Assembly (NCBI GenBank): GCA_903873415.1
Contig: CAIQOK010000121.1
Coordinates: 1,486 to 65,485 of the forward strand
Reading direction: 5' to 3'
Length of the DNA stretch: 64,000 nucleotides
Source of the DNA: an uncultured Verrucomicrobiota bacterium
GTDB lineage: Bacteria > Verrucomicrobiota > Verrucomicrobiia > Limisphaerales > CAIQOK01
Made by a program: the position numbers and the translations under genes. The notes beneath the pieces were generated by a model that saw only the letters and a program-made list of their open reading frames with translations, was not told where the DNA came from and ran no database searches. This document shows, in pieces, positions 39,718 through 48,117 of this stretch. The number at the start of each line of letters is the position of its first letter. Position 1 is the first letter of the stretch.

Positions 39718-39896
39718 GTCCAGGTAGTCGAGAACAGCCTTTTCACTCGCAAATCTTTGTTGGGCCCGCCGCGATAGACAACCTGGCTGGTGGCGAGTTG
39801 AAGGTCCTTAAGCTGCCGCCGCAAGTCCTTGGCCTTGCGCCAGCCGGGCAGAGTGATTTTCCCCAAGGTCGGATATCAGCGATGGCGGGCGATTCA

Positions 39897-39966
39897 TCCT
39901 AAAAACCGCACTCGGGATCCATCGCAGATCTCCGACCACCTAAAATCGCCTTTGAGATCAAACTGG
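39897..39966 (+). repeat. Repeat R5, copy 1 (~70 nt)
   Basis: tcctaaaaaccgcactcgggatccatcgcagatctccgaccacctaaaatcgcctttgagatcaaactggg, compared with the reverse complement of 46409-46479 (about 80% identity by eye). Confidence 0.8.
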
Positions 39967-40027
39967 GGGCCTTTGCCGCGCCGAGCCGCCTCTATGAGGA
40001 TTGGAAGGATTTATTTTTGGTGTTTGG

Positions 40028-40063
40028 TCTATGACAGGCCGCCCTTCCGGGGCTTGGAAAAGG
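40028..40063 (+). repeat. Repeat R2-like motif
   Basis: tctatgacaggccgcccttccggggcttggaaaagg. The same gccgccc[ct]tccggggcttggaaa string recurs at 40311-40338, which is the end of R1 copy B. Confidence 0.6.
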
Positions 40064-40156
40064 CAATGGTCAATGGACAACAGGGGTTGGTTCATTCGGT
40101 TAAAGAGGAGGCCGCGGAAGATCAGCGGGCGGAGGGCGGTTCATGCACTCGAGCCA

Positions 40157-40189
40157 TTTCTAAGCTCCAGAGGAGCGACCCGTCTATAG
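40157..40189 (-). repeat. Repeat R2 motif
   Basis: Reverse strand reads ctatagacgggtcgctcctctggagcttagaaa. Confidence 0.7.
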
Positions 40190-40200
40190 CAAGCAGTCAA

Positions 40201-40331
40201 AAACAAATTCCAAGCTCTGTAGGAGCGGCACATCCGCCGCATGCACGATCCAAGCAGATCCAATTTGTTTTGCGCGTGTTCTTTGCTCTTACCCTTACCC
40301 CGTTCCGCTTTGCCGCCCCTCCGGGGCTTGG
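40201..40331 (-). repeat. Repeat R1, copy B (MITE-like)
   Basis: Reverse complement reads ccaagccccggaggggcggcaaagcgg...aagaacacgcgcaaaacaaattggatctgc...gtgccgctcctacagagcttggaatttgttt. Its two ends match each other as inverted repeats at 17 of 21 positions. Confidence 0.8.
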
Positions 40332-40466
40332 AAAGCGCGCGCCGGACCGGCGCGGATTTGATTTGCTTCAAGGGGCCCGGTTGTTTGCGCACCTCTTGCG
40401 GGGCGGGGGCATAGAGGGGTTATACGAGTTCTTTTCCGGAGGCCCCCTACGAGGGTTGTGGATTAA

Positions 40467-41093
40467 TTATTGTTTGCCGCCGGCCAGCACGACAAAGTTC
40501 CGAAGCAATCGCAGACCAACCTCTTGACTCTTCTCCGGATGAAACTGGGTGGCGAAAACATTGTCGCGCCAGACCGAGGAGGCGAAGCTCTGACCGTAGA
40601 CGGTGCGCGTGGCGACGATGGTTTCGTCCACGGGTTGCGGGAAGAAACTGTGGACGAAATAAACATAACTCCCCTCCGGGATCCCCTCATAGAGAGGGCA
40701 GCGGGGGTTGATTTGCTGAATTTGGTTCCAGCCTATCTGCGGAATTTTCAAGCCGGGCCCGGCCGGAAATCGGACCACCCTGCCCTGAAATATTCCGATG
40801 CCATCGGCGCAACTGTTGAACTCCTCACTTCGTTCGAAGAGCGCCTGATATCCGACGCAGATGCCTAGGAAAGGACGTCCGGACTGGATGAATGCGCGGG
40901 AAGCCTCAAGCAACTCCTGCTTGCGCAGGGCATGGATGCAATCGTCAAACGCCCCAACCCCGGGCAGCACTACTGCGCGGGCATCGCCGATCTCTTGGGG
41001 GCAGCGGGCCAGGCGCACCTCCGCGCCGACTTTGAGCAGCGCCTTGTGGACGCTGCGCAAATTCCCCGATCCGTAATCAAGCAAGGCAATCAC
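40467..41093 (-). CDS. hisH: Imidazole glycerol phosphate synthase, glutamine amidotransferase subunit
   Basis: Start set at GTG 41093, giving (M)IALLDYGSGNLRSVHKAL. Catalytic Cys in PFLGICVGYQALF; His/Glu in FATQFHPEKS. The track ORF adds a 41-aa extension that overlaps nothing recognisable. Confidence 0.9.
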   Translation of the reverse strand: MIALLDYGSGNLRSVHKALLKVGAEVRLARCPQEIGDARAVVLPGVGAFDDCIHALRKQELLEASRAFIQSGRPFLGICVGYQALFERSEEFNSCADGIGIFQGRVVRFPAGPGLKIPQIGWNQIQQINPRCPLYEGIPEGSYVYFVHSFFPQPVDETIVATRTVYGQSFASSVWRDNVFATQFHPEKSQEVGLRLLRNFVVLAGGKQ

Positions 41094-41243
41094 AAGCCCA
41101 TTAAAATGGAAAAGTGCGGTTTGAGAAATCAAAAACGCAGGGCCGCCAGCCCAGTTTGACGCCCCAGCGGGCTCCTGAGTTCCTTGCGCGTTCGAGCCAG
41201 AGTTCCTGAAGCTCAATGACCCGCCCCTTGCGGGCTAAAGACA

Positions 41244-42155
41244 TCACCCTTTTACAATCTGGGTGCGACGCACTTGGGCAATGAAATCCTCTAACTCGGC
41301 GGTTTTTTCAAAACCCACGTTCAACACATCCACACACCCCAGGTTAAGGGCGAAGCGGATGGATTCAGCCCGGCGTAGGGGATCGTTGCGCAACCGGCCT
41401 TCGCCGATGATTTTCATGCCCACCACGCCTTTGCCTGCGGCGTGGATTTTGCGCAGGACAGGCACGACCTGCTCCGGCGCGCCGTCCATGCTCATGCCGT
41501 AGGGATTGATCCGGGCATGAACAGATTCGACCCAGGGCTCGCAAGCGGCTGACTGGAGTGCGGCCAGTGTGTGGCAAGAGACGCCCAGAGCGCGGATTTT
41601 GCCCTGCGCCTTCAACCGGCTGAGAATATCCATCTGCCGGCGCAAGCGCTGCGGCCAGTCGGCATCCTTGACGCAATGCAGCAAGAGCAGGTCGATGTGA
41701 TCCGTTTTGAGTTCTCCGAGGAATCGCTCGACGACCACGTCCGCGTCGGGGCGGTCGGGTTCGGGGAGGCTGGAGCCCGGGCGCCACCAGATTTTGGTGA
41801 CCAGGCAGTATTTGTCTCTTGGCACGCCGTGCATGGCGTTTGCAAAGCCGGCATGGCTGCCATAGAGGTCGGCCAGATCGAACATGCCAACACCGCGTTC
41901 GTGGGCTTCGCGCAGCAGGCGCTCATATTCCCCTTGCCCCAGGCGGGTCTGGTTGGACTCACGTCGCGAACCGTGGCTTCCGGTGCCCATGCATAGCCGG
42001 GAAACTTTCAATCCTGTCCGGCCCAGCGCCAAGCGTGTGAAAGGGTTGAAATGGCCGGTTGCTTCGGCCTGTTTTGCTCCCAGCCCGGGTGCAACCCAGA
42101 GGCCGCCCAAGCCCAAAGCGGAGTGTTTGATGAAATCGCGGCGTTGGATTTTCAT
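41244..42155 (-). CDS. Aldo/keto reductase with Tat signal peptide
   Basis: ATG 42155. MKIQRRDFIKHSALGLGGLWVAPGL has the twin-arginine motif. AKR-like core GMFDLADLYG...IDLLLLHC...GKIRALGVS. Confidence 0.8.
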   Translation of the reverse strand: MKIQRRDFIKHSALGLGGLWVAPGLGAKQAEATGHFNPFTRLALGRTGLKVSRLCMGTGSHGSRRESNQTRLGQGEYERLLREAHERGVGMFDLADLYGSHAGFANAMHGVPRDKYCLVTKIWWRPGSSLPEPDRPDADVVVERFLGELKTDHIDLLLLHCVKDADWPQRLRRQMDILSRLKAQGKIRALGVSCHTLAALQSAACEPWVESVHARINPYGMSMDGAPEQVVPVLRKIHAAGKGVVGMKIIGEGRLRNDPLRRAESIRFALNLGCVDVLNVGFEKTAELEDFIAQVRRTQIVKG

Positions 42156-42222
42156 AAAAGGTGGCTGATTCAAAGCAGAAAAACCGATAATTACCAGTGG
42201 ATGGCGCAGTCCGGAACCGGAT

Positions 42223-43089
42223 CTAGAAAACATCCCAGCCCGGGAGGGTTCTGGAAACACCCGGCCCCGATCGACCAATCCATCCGGCCTCATCCTTGAG
42301 CACCACGCCCCCGACACTGCGCCGGAGGGATTCTCCGAGCAGCCAGTCCAGTTTGGCTGCGGCCTCGATGGGGTTTAGTCCTTCCGGGCGGATGTTGGAA
42401 ACGCAATTACGGTCCGCATCCGTTTTACCCGGAGCCGGGCCGAAGGTGAAATAGGCGCCGAGACTGTCAGCCGAGCCCAAGCCGGGACGCTCGCCCAATA
42501 GCATCAGGCTTATTCGGGCCTGGCAGGCGGCGCCAATCTCGTCCTGCAGGGCCACCCGGCCATGGCGCACAACAACCAGCGGGGCCAGAATCAAAGCCCG
42601 TTCCTGCAGTCGCGGCAACAGCGCCCCCAGCAGCGGCACCGCCTGTGTGTTCACCGCCTCCGTCGAAAGACCGTCGGAAACAATGACCACCAGATCGCAC
42701 GCCGGAATCCGGGCGGCCGCATCCCTCCACTTCGAACGCGAGTCCGGGCAAAGCTGCCGCCCCAGATCAGGCCGCTGCAGATATTGGGTCTTATCGGCGG
42801 CCGCACTTGCAAGCAACACCACCGGCAAGCCGAATCGCTCCAGCTGTAAAGTCAGGGACTGCGGATCGAACGGGGTTATAACAGCGTCACAGGCTCGGGC
42901 GTGGGCGAGGCGGAAATCCAGCAGGGCTTGCGTCGGCAGACTGCCCCCAGTCCGGCCCAGAGCAATGCGCGCATTTGTAAACCTCCGCAGATTGCTCCAG
43001 GGATCCGCCACGGGGCCAGGCCCGCTTCCTGCCGGCGCATCTTCGCCGGGCCAAGTGGGCTCGAGACTGGATGGGATTGTCTCGGACAT
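42223..43089 (-). CDS. eutC: Ethanolamine ammonia-lyase small subunit
   Basis: RFTNARIALGRTGGSLPTQALLDFRLAHARACDAV is the EutC signature region. The start ATG shares one base with the eutB stop (TGATG). Confidence 0.88.
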   Translation of the reverse strand: MSETIPSSLEPTWPGEDAPAGSGPGPVADPWSNLRRFTNARIALGRTGGSLPTQALLDFRLAHARACDAVITPFDPQSLTLQLERFGLPVVLLASAAADKTQYLQRPDLGRQLCPDSRSKWRDAAARIPACDLVVIVSDGLSTEAVNTQAVPLLGALLPRLQERALILAPLVVVRHGRVALQDEIGAACQARISLMLLGERPGLGSADSLGAYFTFGPAPGKTDADRNCVSNIRPEGLNPIEAAAKLDWLLGESLRRSVGGVVLKDEAGWIGRSGPGVSRTLPGWDVF

Positions 43090-44495
43090 CAGTCTGGCTT
43101 GGGTGCAAAGGGTATTGGCTGGGATTTTGGGGCGAGCAACGCGTGGCGCGGGCTGGCAGGCAAAAGAAAAACACCCGCCCTCAGAAGATTCATCCGCTCA
43201 AGCCACGCCTCAAATTCCGGCGCCGGCCGCAGCCGCAGGGCCTGACGCAAATAGTGGCTGTCATGAAAACCCGTGGACTGGTAGTTAAGCATGATGTCAT
43301 CCGCACCCGGAACGCCCATTATATAATTGCACCCGGCCACCCCCAGCAGAGTCAGCAGCGTGTCCATGTCGTCCTGATCGGCCCGAGCGTGGTTGGTGTA
43401 ACAAACGTCACAGCCCATGGGCAAGCCCAAGAGCTTGCCGCAAAAATGATCCTCCAGACCGGCCCGGATGATTTGCTTGCCGTCATAGAGATATTCCGGC
43501 CCGATGAATCCGACCACCGTATTGACCAGGAGCGGGTCAAATTCGCGAGCCACAGCATAGGCCCGGGCTTCGAGCGTCTGCTGATCCACCCCATGATGCG
43601 CCCCGGCCGAGAGGCAGGACCCCTGGCCGGTCTCGAAATACATGACCTGACTGCCCAGCGTGCCGCGCTTCAGGCTCAAGGCCGCCTGACGCGCCTCGCC
43701 AAGCAATGAGAGATCCACTCCGAAACTCCGGTTGGCCGCCTCTGTGCCCGCGATAGATTGAAACACCAGATCCACCGGCTCCCCTGCCTCCATGCAACGC
43801 AAGCTGGTGGTCACATGCGCCAGCACACAGGACTGTGTGGGAATTTCGTATTCTAGGATCATCTGGTCGAGAAGCCGCAGGAGCGCAGCGCAGGCCGCCG
43901 GACTGTCCGTGGCTGGATTGATGCCGATGACGGCATCGCCGCATCCGTACATCAGACCGTCAATGATGGAGGCCACGATTCCGCGCGGATCATCGGTGGG
44001 ATGATTGGGTTGGAGCCGGACGGAGAGCCGGCCGGGCAATCCCAAGGTGTTGCGAAAACGAGTCACGATCCGGACTTTTGCCGCCACAAGGATAAGGTCC
44101 TGATTGCCCATCAACTTGCTGACGGCGGCGACCATTTCCGGGGTAAGGCCCGCTGCCAAGGCGGTGAGGACAACACCGTCTGTTTCATAACGTAAAAGCC
44201 AGTCGCGAAACTCCCCCACCGTTAGGCCGCTTACCGGGGCAAAGGCGGCGCTATTGTGCCGCGCCACAATCAGACGAGTGACCTCGTCCTCCTCGTAAGG
44301 AACCACTAATTCTTCGAGAAACCGCTTGAGCGGCACTGCGGCAAGGCAGGCTTGCGCAGCGACGCGTTCCTCCCGGCTTTGGGCCGCCACACCGGCAAGC
44401 TCGTCGCCGGAGCGCAGCGGGCTGGCTTTGGCCAGCAACTCCCGTAGAGAGGCAAAACAATACTGCTTCCCTCCTGAAGCAATGCGGTAAGTCAT
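43089..44495 (-). CDS. eutB: Ethanolamine ammonia-lyase large subunit
   Basis: YRIASGGKQYCFASLRELLAKASPLRSGDELAGVAA...EERVAAQ. 468 aa with typical EutB N-terminus and length. Confidence 0.92.
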   Translation of the reverse strand: MTYRIASGGKQYCFASLRELLAKASPLRSGDELAGVAAQSREERVAAQACLAAVPLKRFLEELVVPYEEDEVTRLIVARHNSAAFAPVSGLTVGEFRDWLLRYETDGVVLTALAAGLTPEMVAAVSKLMGNQDLILVAAKVRIVTRFRNTLGLPGRLSVRLQPNHPTDDPRGIVASIIDGLMYGCGDAVIGINPATDSPAACAALLRLLDQMILEYEIPTQSCVLAHVTTSLRCMEAGEPVDLVFQSIAGTEAANRSFGVDLSLLGEARQAALSLKRGTLGSQVMYFETGQGSCLSAGAHHGVDQQTLEARAYAVAREFDPLLVNTVVGFIGPEYLYDGKQIIRAGLEDHFCGKLLGLPMGCDVCYTNHARADQDDMDTLLTLLGVAGCNYIMGVPGADDIMLNYQSTGFHDSHYLRQALRLRPAPEFEAWLERMNLLRAGVFLLPASPRHALLAPKSQPIPFAPKPD

Positions 44496-44501
44496 GGAGA
44501 A

Positions 44502-46037
44502 TCAAGCCGGATCGGGCTCGGGAACATCCGCGGTGGCCAAAACAGGTTTGGTGGTCTGGGCAAGCATAACCGGCGGGCCGCGGAAGGTTTTCTTGACGCC
44601 CAAGTGCCATGCCAAAATCAGAACCACAGCCAGCCCGGCCGTCACTGGCAGCGCCGCGCCGTTGGGCGGCTGAACCCCGGCCCAGACCAAGGCCGCCACC
44701 CCCAGAATCGAGATGCCCCCGGTCAACTTATACAGAGGCCCGCCCAGATCGAAGGGACCCATTTTTTTCCAGCGCTTGCCATACGCAAAAACCCCCACCA
44801 ACGTCGGCATCACGTAGGAGAGATAGAGGAAAATCACACAGGCCGCGGTCAGCGTCGTGTAGGCCGGCGCGTAAATCGTCGAGACTACTGTCAGGGCGGC
44901 CGTCAGCCAGACCGCCCCGGCCGGCACCTGATGCGCCGGGGAAACCCGGCGAAAGCAGGCCGGCAACCCGCCATCCCGGGTAAAAGCATAAATCATCCTC
45001 GACGTGGATGTGACGCAGGCCAGGCCGCAAAGATAATTGGAAACCACAATGCCCATTTCCAAGGGCAGCTTCAGCCAGCCAGGGGTTATCTGATCCATCA
45101 GCCAGAAAAAAATGTTTGCCCCCTGCTTGGCGCCCCCGGCAACACTGGGCAAGGCCAGCACTATCGCGGACACCATGACCCATCCGAAGATGCCGGAGAC
45201 GAGGACGGAGCGGAGGATGCCTTTGGGGACGTTTTCAGCGGCGCGCACGGTTTCCTCCGAAGTATGAGCCGACCCATCATAGCCGGTGACGGTATAGACC
45301 GGCCAGAGCAGGGCCAAAAGCAGACTGCACGGTCCACTGGTTGTCCGAGGCCAGACGCCGCCTCCAGCATCCCCGCTGAAGTTGGAAAACTGAAACAGTC
45401 TCGAAAAATCCCGACCCGGGGCATATCCCAGCATGGCCAAAGTAAGAACGGCAGAGACCGCCAGAATCAGGTAACCGCTGAAATCGGTTAGCAGTGTGGT
45501 GACCCGGATGCCACGATGATTGAGGAAAGCTTGAGATAGGGTGATGATCGACACGCCCAGGAACTGGTGCCAGAGGTTGAGCTTGGCCGGATCCACCCCG
45601 GTTAGCGGCAGCAGCACGCTGGCAAAAAGCGTATACGCCCCGACATTGACCGCCGCAGTCACAAAGATCAGGCCCAGCAGATTAAACCAAGCCGTTACCC
45701 AACCCCAGCCCTTACCGCCAAGAATGGAACTCCAATGATACAGCCCCCCCGCGGTGGGGAATGCCGAAGCGACTTGAGCCATCCCCAGAGCCACCAGCAG
45801 GCTGAAACACACGCCCAGCGGCCAAACCACTCCCGCGGCGGCCCCTCCCACCAGGCTTACCCCCAATTGCAAGGAAGTAATCCCACCGGCCAAGATGCAT
45901 ATGATGGAAAAAGAAATGGCGAAGTTGGAAAAACCGCCCATGCGGCGCTTGAGTTCCTGGGGATAACCCAAAGAGGCAAGCTGCAGGGCGTCCGCCCCTT
46001 TGTCTGAGGTCGGAGTGCTCAGGAATGAATCTCGCAT
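44502..46037 (-). CDS. APC-superfamily amino acid/ethanolamine permease
   Basis: 511 aa with ~12 TM helices. ELKRRMGGFSNFAISFSIICILAGG is the APC N-terminal motif. Ends 6 nt upstream of eutB, so ethanolamine uptake is inferred from context. Confidence 0.8.
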   Translation of the reverse strand: MRDSFLSTPTSDKGADALQLASLGYPQELKRRMGGFSNFAISFSIICILAGGITSLQLGVSLVGGAAAGVVWPLGVCFSLLVALGMAQVASAFPTAGGLYHWSSILGGKGWGWVTAWFNLLGLIFVTAAVNVGAYTLFASVLLPLTGVDPAKLNLWHQFLGVSIITLSQAFLNHRGIRVTTLLTDFSGYLILAVSAVLTLAMLGYAPGRDFSRLFQFSNFSGDAGGGVWPRTTSGPCSLLLALLWPVYTVTGYDGSAHTSEETVRAAENVPKGILRSVLVSGIFGWVMVSAIVLALPSVAGGAKQGANIFFWLMDQITPGWLKLPLEMGIVVSNYLCGLACVTSTSRMIYAFTRDGGLPACFRRVSPAHQVPAGAVWLTAALTVVSTIYAPAYTTLTAACVIFLYLSYVMPTLVGVFAYGKRWKKMGPFDLGGPLYKLTGGISILGVAALVWAGVQPPNGAALPVTAGLAVVLILAWHLGVKKTFRGPPVMLAQTTKPVLATADVPEPDPA

Positions 46038-46150
46038 GTAAAAAAAGAAGAGGGGCGCATCACGGAATTTCTCTGACTCCCTTTATGATGAAGGCCCCGA
46101 CCGGATCACGTCAAGTGTTACCCCAAAGGAACAAACCCAAAAAATCTTCT

Positions 46151-46273
46151 GAAGCCCCGGAGAGGCAGCACAGGGCGGCAAGCGCAAAGAACACGTGCGA
46201 AACAGATTGGATTCGCATGGATTGCGCATCTGCCGGTTTGTCCCCCTCCTCTGGAGCTTGGAATTTGTTTTGG
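46151..46273 (+). repeat. Repeat R1, copy C (MITE-like)
   Basis: gaagccccggagaggcagcacagggcggcaagcgcaaagaacacgtgcgaaacagattggattcgc...gtccccctcctctggagcttggaatttgtttt. Confidence 0.8.
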
Positions 46274-46408
46274 ACCGGTTGCGCCCTCAGAAAAGTCATT
46301 CACCCCCCTTCATACCCTTCATGGTAACCCTCACGCCCAAAGCCAAATCGACCCTCGAGACAGAAAATGGCCTCCCATTCCTCCGTCTCATACGGCACTT
46401 CATGTTTA

Positions 46409-46479
46409 GTTCAGTGATATCTCAAAGGTGCTTTCGGGTGGTCGGAGATCTCGATTGATTCAAAGTCCGGTTTTTAGGA
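46409..46479 (-). repeat. Repeat R5, copy 2
   Basis: Reverse complement reads tcctaaaaaccggactttgaatcaatcgagatctccgaccacccgaaagcacctttgagatatcactgaac. Confidence 0.8.
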
Positions 46480-46500
46480 TTAATCGTTTAAAGTGCTGCA

Positions 46501-46559
46501 GCTTGCGGAGTGCGCCCGTCCCCGGGCGCAGCAAGCATCTTTCGGAGGAATGCCTGCGG
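46501..46559 (+). repeat. Repeat R4, copy 2
   Basis: See 18872-18936. Confidence 0.7.
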
Positions 46560-46624
46560 ATTGACCATTCTAGTCCCTCCGCCACATCCCACTGCTCCGC
46601 AGGGGCGGGGTGATGAGACGGTTT

Positions 46625-46660
46625 TCTATAGACAGGTCGCTCCTCCGGAGCTTTGAAGAC
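46625..46660 (+). repeat. Repeat R2 motif
   Basis: tctatagacaggtcgctcctccggagctttgaagac. The downstream segment (aaggatgaaggcggggacctgagatgtgagac) resembles 37025-37050. Confidence 0.75.
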
Positions 46661-46722
46661 AAGGATGAAGGCGGGGACCTGAGATGTGAGACTGGTTGAG
46701 CTCAGCAGCGAGTCGATCTGCA

Positions 46723-46779
46723 GCGGCGCTCTATGAGCGCCGTTTTTATGTTTGGTATTCGGCGGTCATAGAACGCCGC
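46723..46779. repeat. Imperfect 20-bp inverted repeat with 17-nt AT-rich spacer
   Basis: gcggcgctctatgagcgccg (46723-46742) and cggcggtcatagaacgccgc (46760-46779) are complementary at 18 of 20 positions. The spacer is tttttatgtttggtatt. Confidence 0.8.
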
Positions 46780-47062
46780 TACTACAAAAGCCTATAACCC
46801 AAAACCAATGAATGGAACGGACAGTGATGTGGAAATGCGACAGAACGGTGCTGTGGTGTTTTCGTGCGTCACCGGGGTTTTAAAATCACGTCATTCCCCT
46901 CTTCGACCTCAATCTCAGTTGTAGCGGTCTCCGGAAAGCAAGGGCGCAATTCAAGGCGCAGGCCTATGGATTTCAGGCTGCTAAACCAAGGTGACTCCTC
47001 TGCTTGACCGGGTTCGGGGGATGGGTTTGCCTGAGCGCTTTAGATTGCACCACTTGAAAAAG

Positions 47063-47138
<76 letters not shown>

Positions 47139-47442
47139 ATCCAAATTGGCACTGCTTACGAACTAGTGTTTGTTAACACCCCGCAGTGCTGTGGCTAAAT
47201 TAAACCGGACTGGAGAGTTGTGGCAAGCCGAATCGCGCTTTTTATCCGGCACGCCCTGCGGACCCCACGCCACGGTTGTCGGCCAGCGCCGCACCAATGG
47301 TCAGGAATGCGGCGTTTTGCCCTTTGGAACAGGACATTCTTGATCCGGCCTGCCTCAAGTCGGATTTGCGCAAACGCCGCCTATCATCGACGTTTGGACG
47401 CCACTCCCAGCCGACGCCTGGGGGAGCGACGAGAGGGGAGCC

Positions 47443-48117
47443 ATGGAAAAAAAAACCTTGGAGAAACAATTGGGGCTGCTGGTTAAAGCCCGACGTCAAA
47501 GGCTTTCCCTGGGGCAGCTGGAACTGGCCCGGCGCGCCGGTTTCCACCGCAGCTACGTGTCCGACATTGAACGGGGCGCGCGGAACATCTCGCTCCAGAG
47601 CCTCGGGAAACTTGCCGCGGCTTTGGAACTCCCTCTGTCAGGCCTCTTCAGCGAGTTGGAGCACACACCGCCTTCCGCCCCGTTGCAGGCGGACGAATTG
47701 GTGGATGTGCTCGTGGCCCAAGCTGGCGACGAGGATGTGCGCTTGGTCATCCAATGCCTCAAGAACGCGCATCTGAGCAACCGCCTCTTTCTGGTCCGCG
47801 ACGGAGCGGCGGTGCTGGACTTTGTCTTTTGCGCCGGCCCCTTTGCCCACCGCCGCCCCAACGACCCGCCCCGGGTCATCGTGCTGGATCTGGATCTGCC
47901 CAGGATCGGCGGGTTGGAGTTGTTGCGCCGGCTCAAACACGAGCCCCGGACCCGTTCGATTCCACTGATCGTGCTCACGTCGGGAAAGAACGAGGACCAG
48001 CTTGGCGCGTGCAAGCGATTGGGGGCTGACGCCTTCATTGTGAAACCGGCCGACCTGCACAAACCCGGCATTCACGCCCTGCAACTCAGCCTGCAGTGGG
48101 CCCTGCTGCCCCCGTAA
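47443..48117 (+). CDS. Atypical regulator: N-terminal XRE-family HTH fused to a C-terminal receiver (REC) domain
   Basis: HTH_XRE: LSLGQLELARRAGFHRSYVSDIERGARNISLQSLGKLAAAL. REC: RVIVLDLDLPRIGGLELLRRLK...IPLIVLTSG...ADAFIVKP, with phospho-acceptor Asp, Thr and Lys present. The usual acidic pair after beta-1 is replaced (VLVAQAGDED). SD-like aggggag lies upstream of the ATG. Confidence 0.8.
   Translation: MEKKTLEKQLGLLVKARRQRLSLGQLELARRAGFHRSYVSDIERGARNISLQSLGKLAAALELPLSGLFSELEHTPPSAPLQADELVDVLVAQAGDEDVRLVIQCLKNAHLSNRLFLVRDGAAVLDFVFCAGPFAHRRPNDPPRVIVLDLDLPRIGGLELLRRLKHEPRTRSIPLIVLTSGKNEDQLGACKRLGADAFIVKPADLHKPGIHALQLSLQWALLPP

Noticed and set aside
39829-40527. 232-aa plus-strand ORF across the 39.8-40.5 kb gap
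   Set aside because: It reads straight through repeats R5, R2 and R1 and into the antisense of hisH. Its composition is biased and it has no motif. It is an artefact of repeat sequence lacking stops.
46280-46340. Cobalamin-riboswitch-like words upstream of the B12-dependent eut genes (minus strand: ggggggtgaatgac...gggcgcaaccggtcc)
   Set aside because: These only loosely resemble GGUG.AA.UCC and CCCGCAACUGU, and no B12 box (AGYCMGG.G.CCKGCC) was found. It is left as a scan suggestion, not a call.
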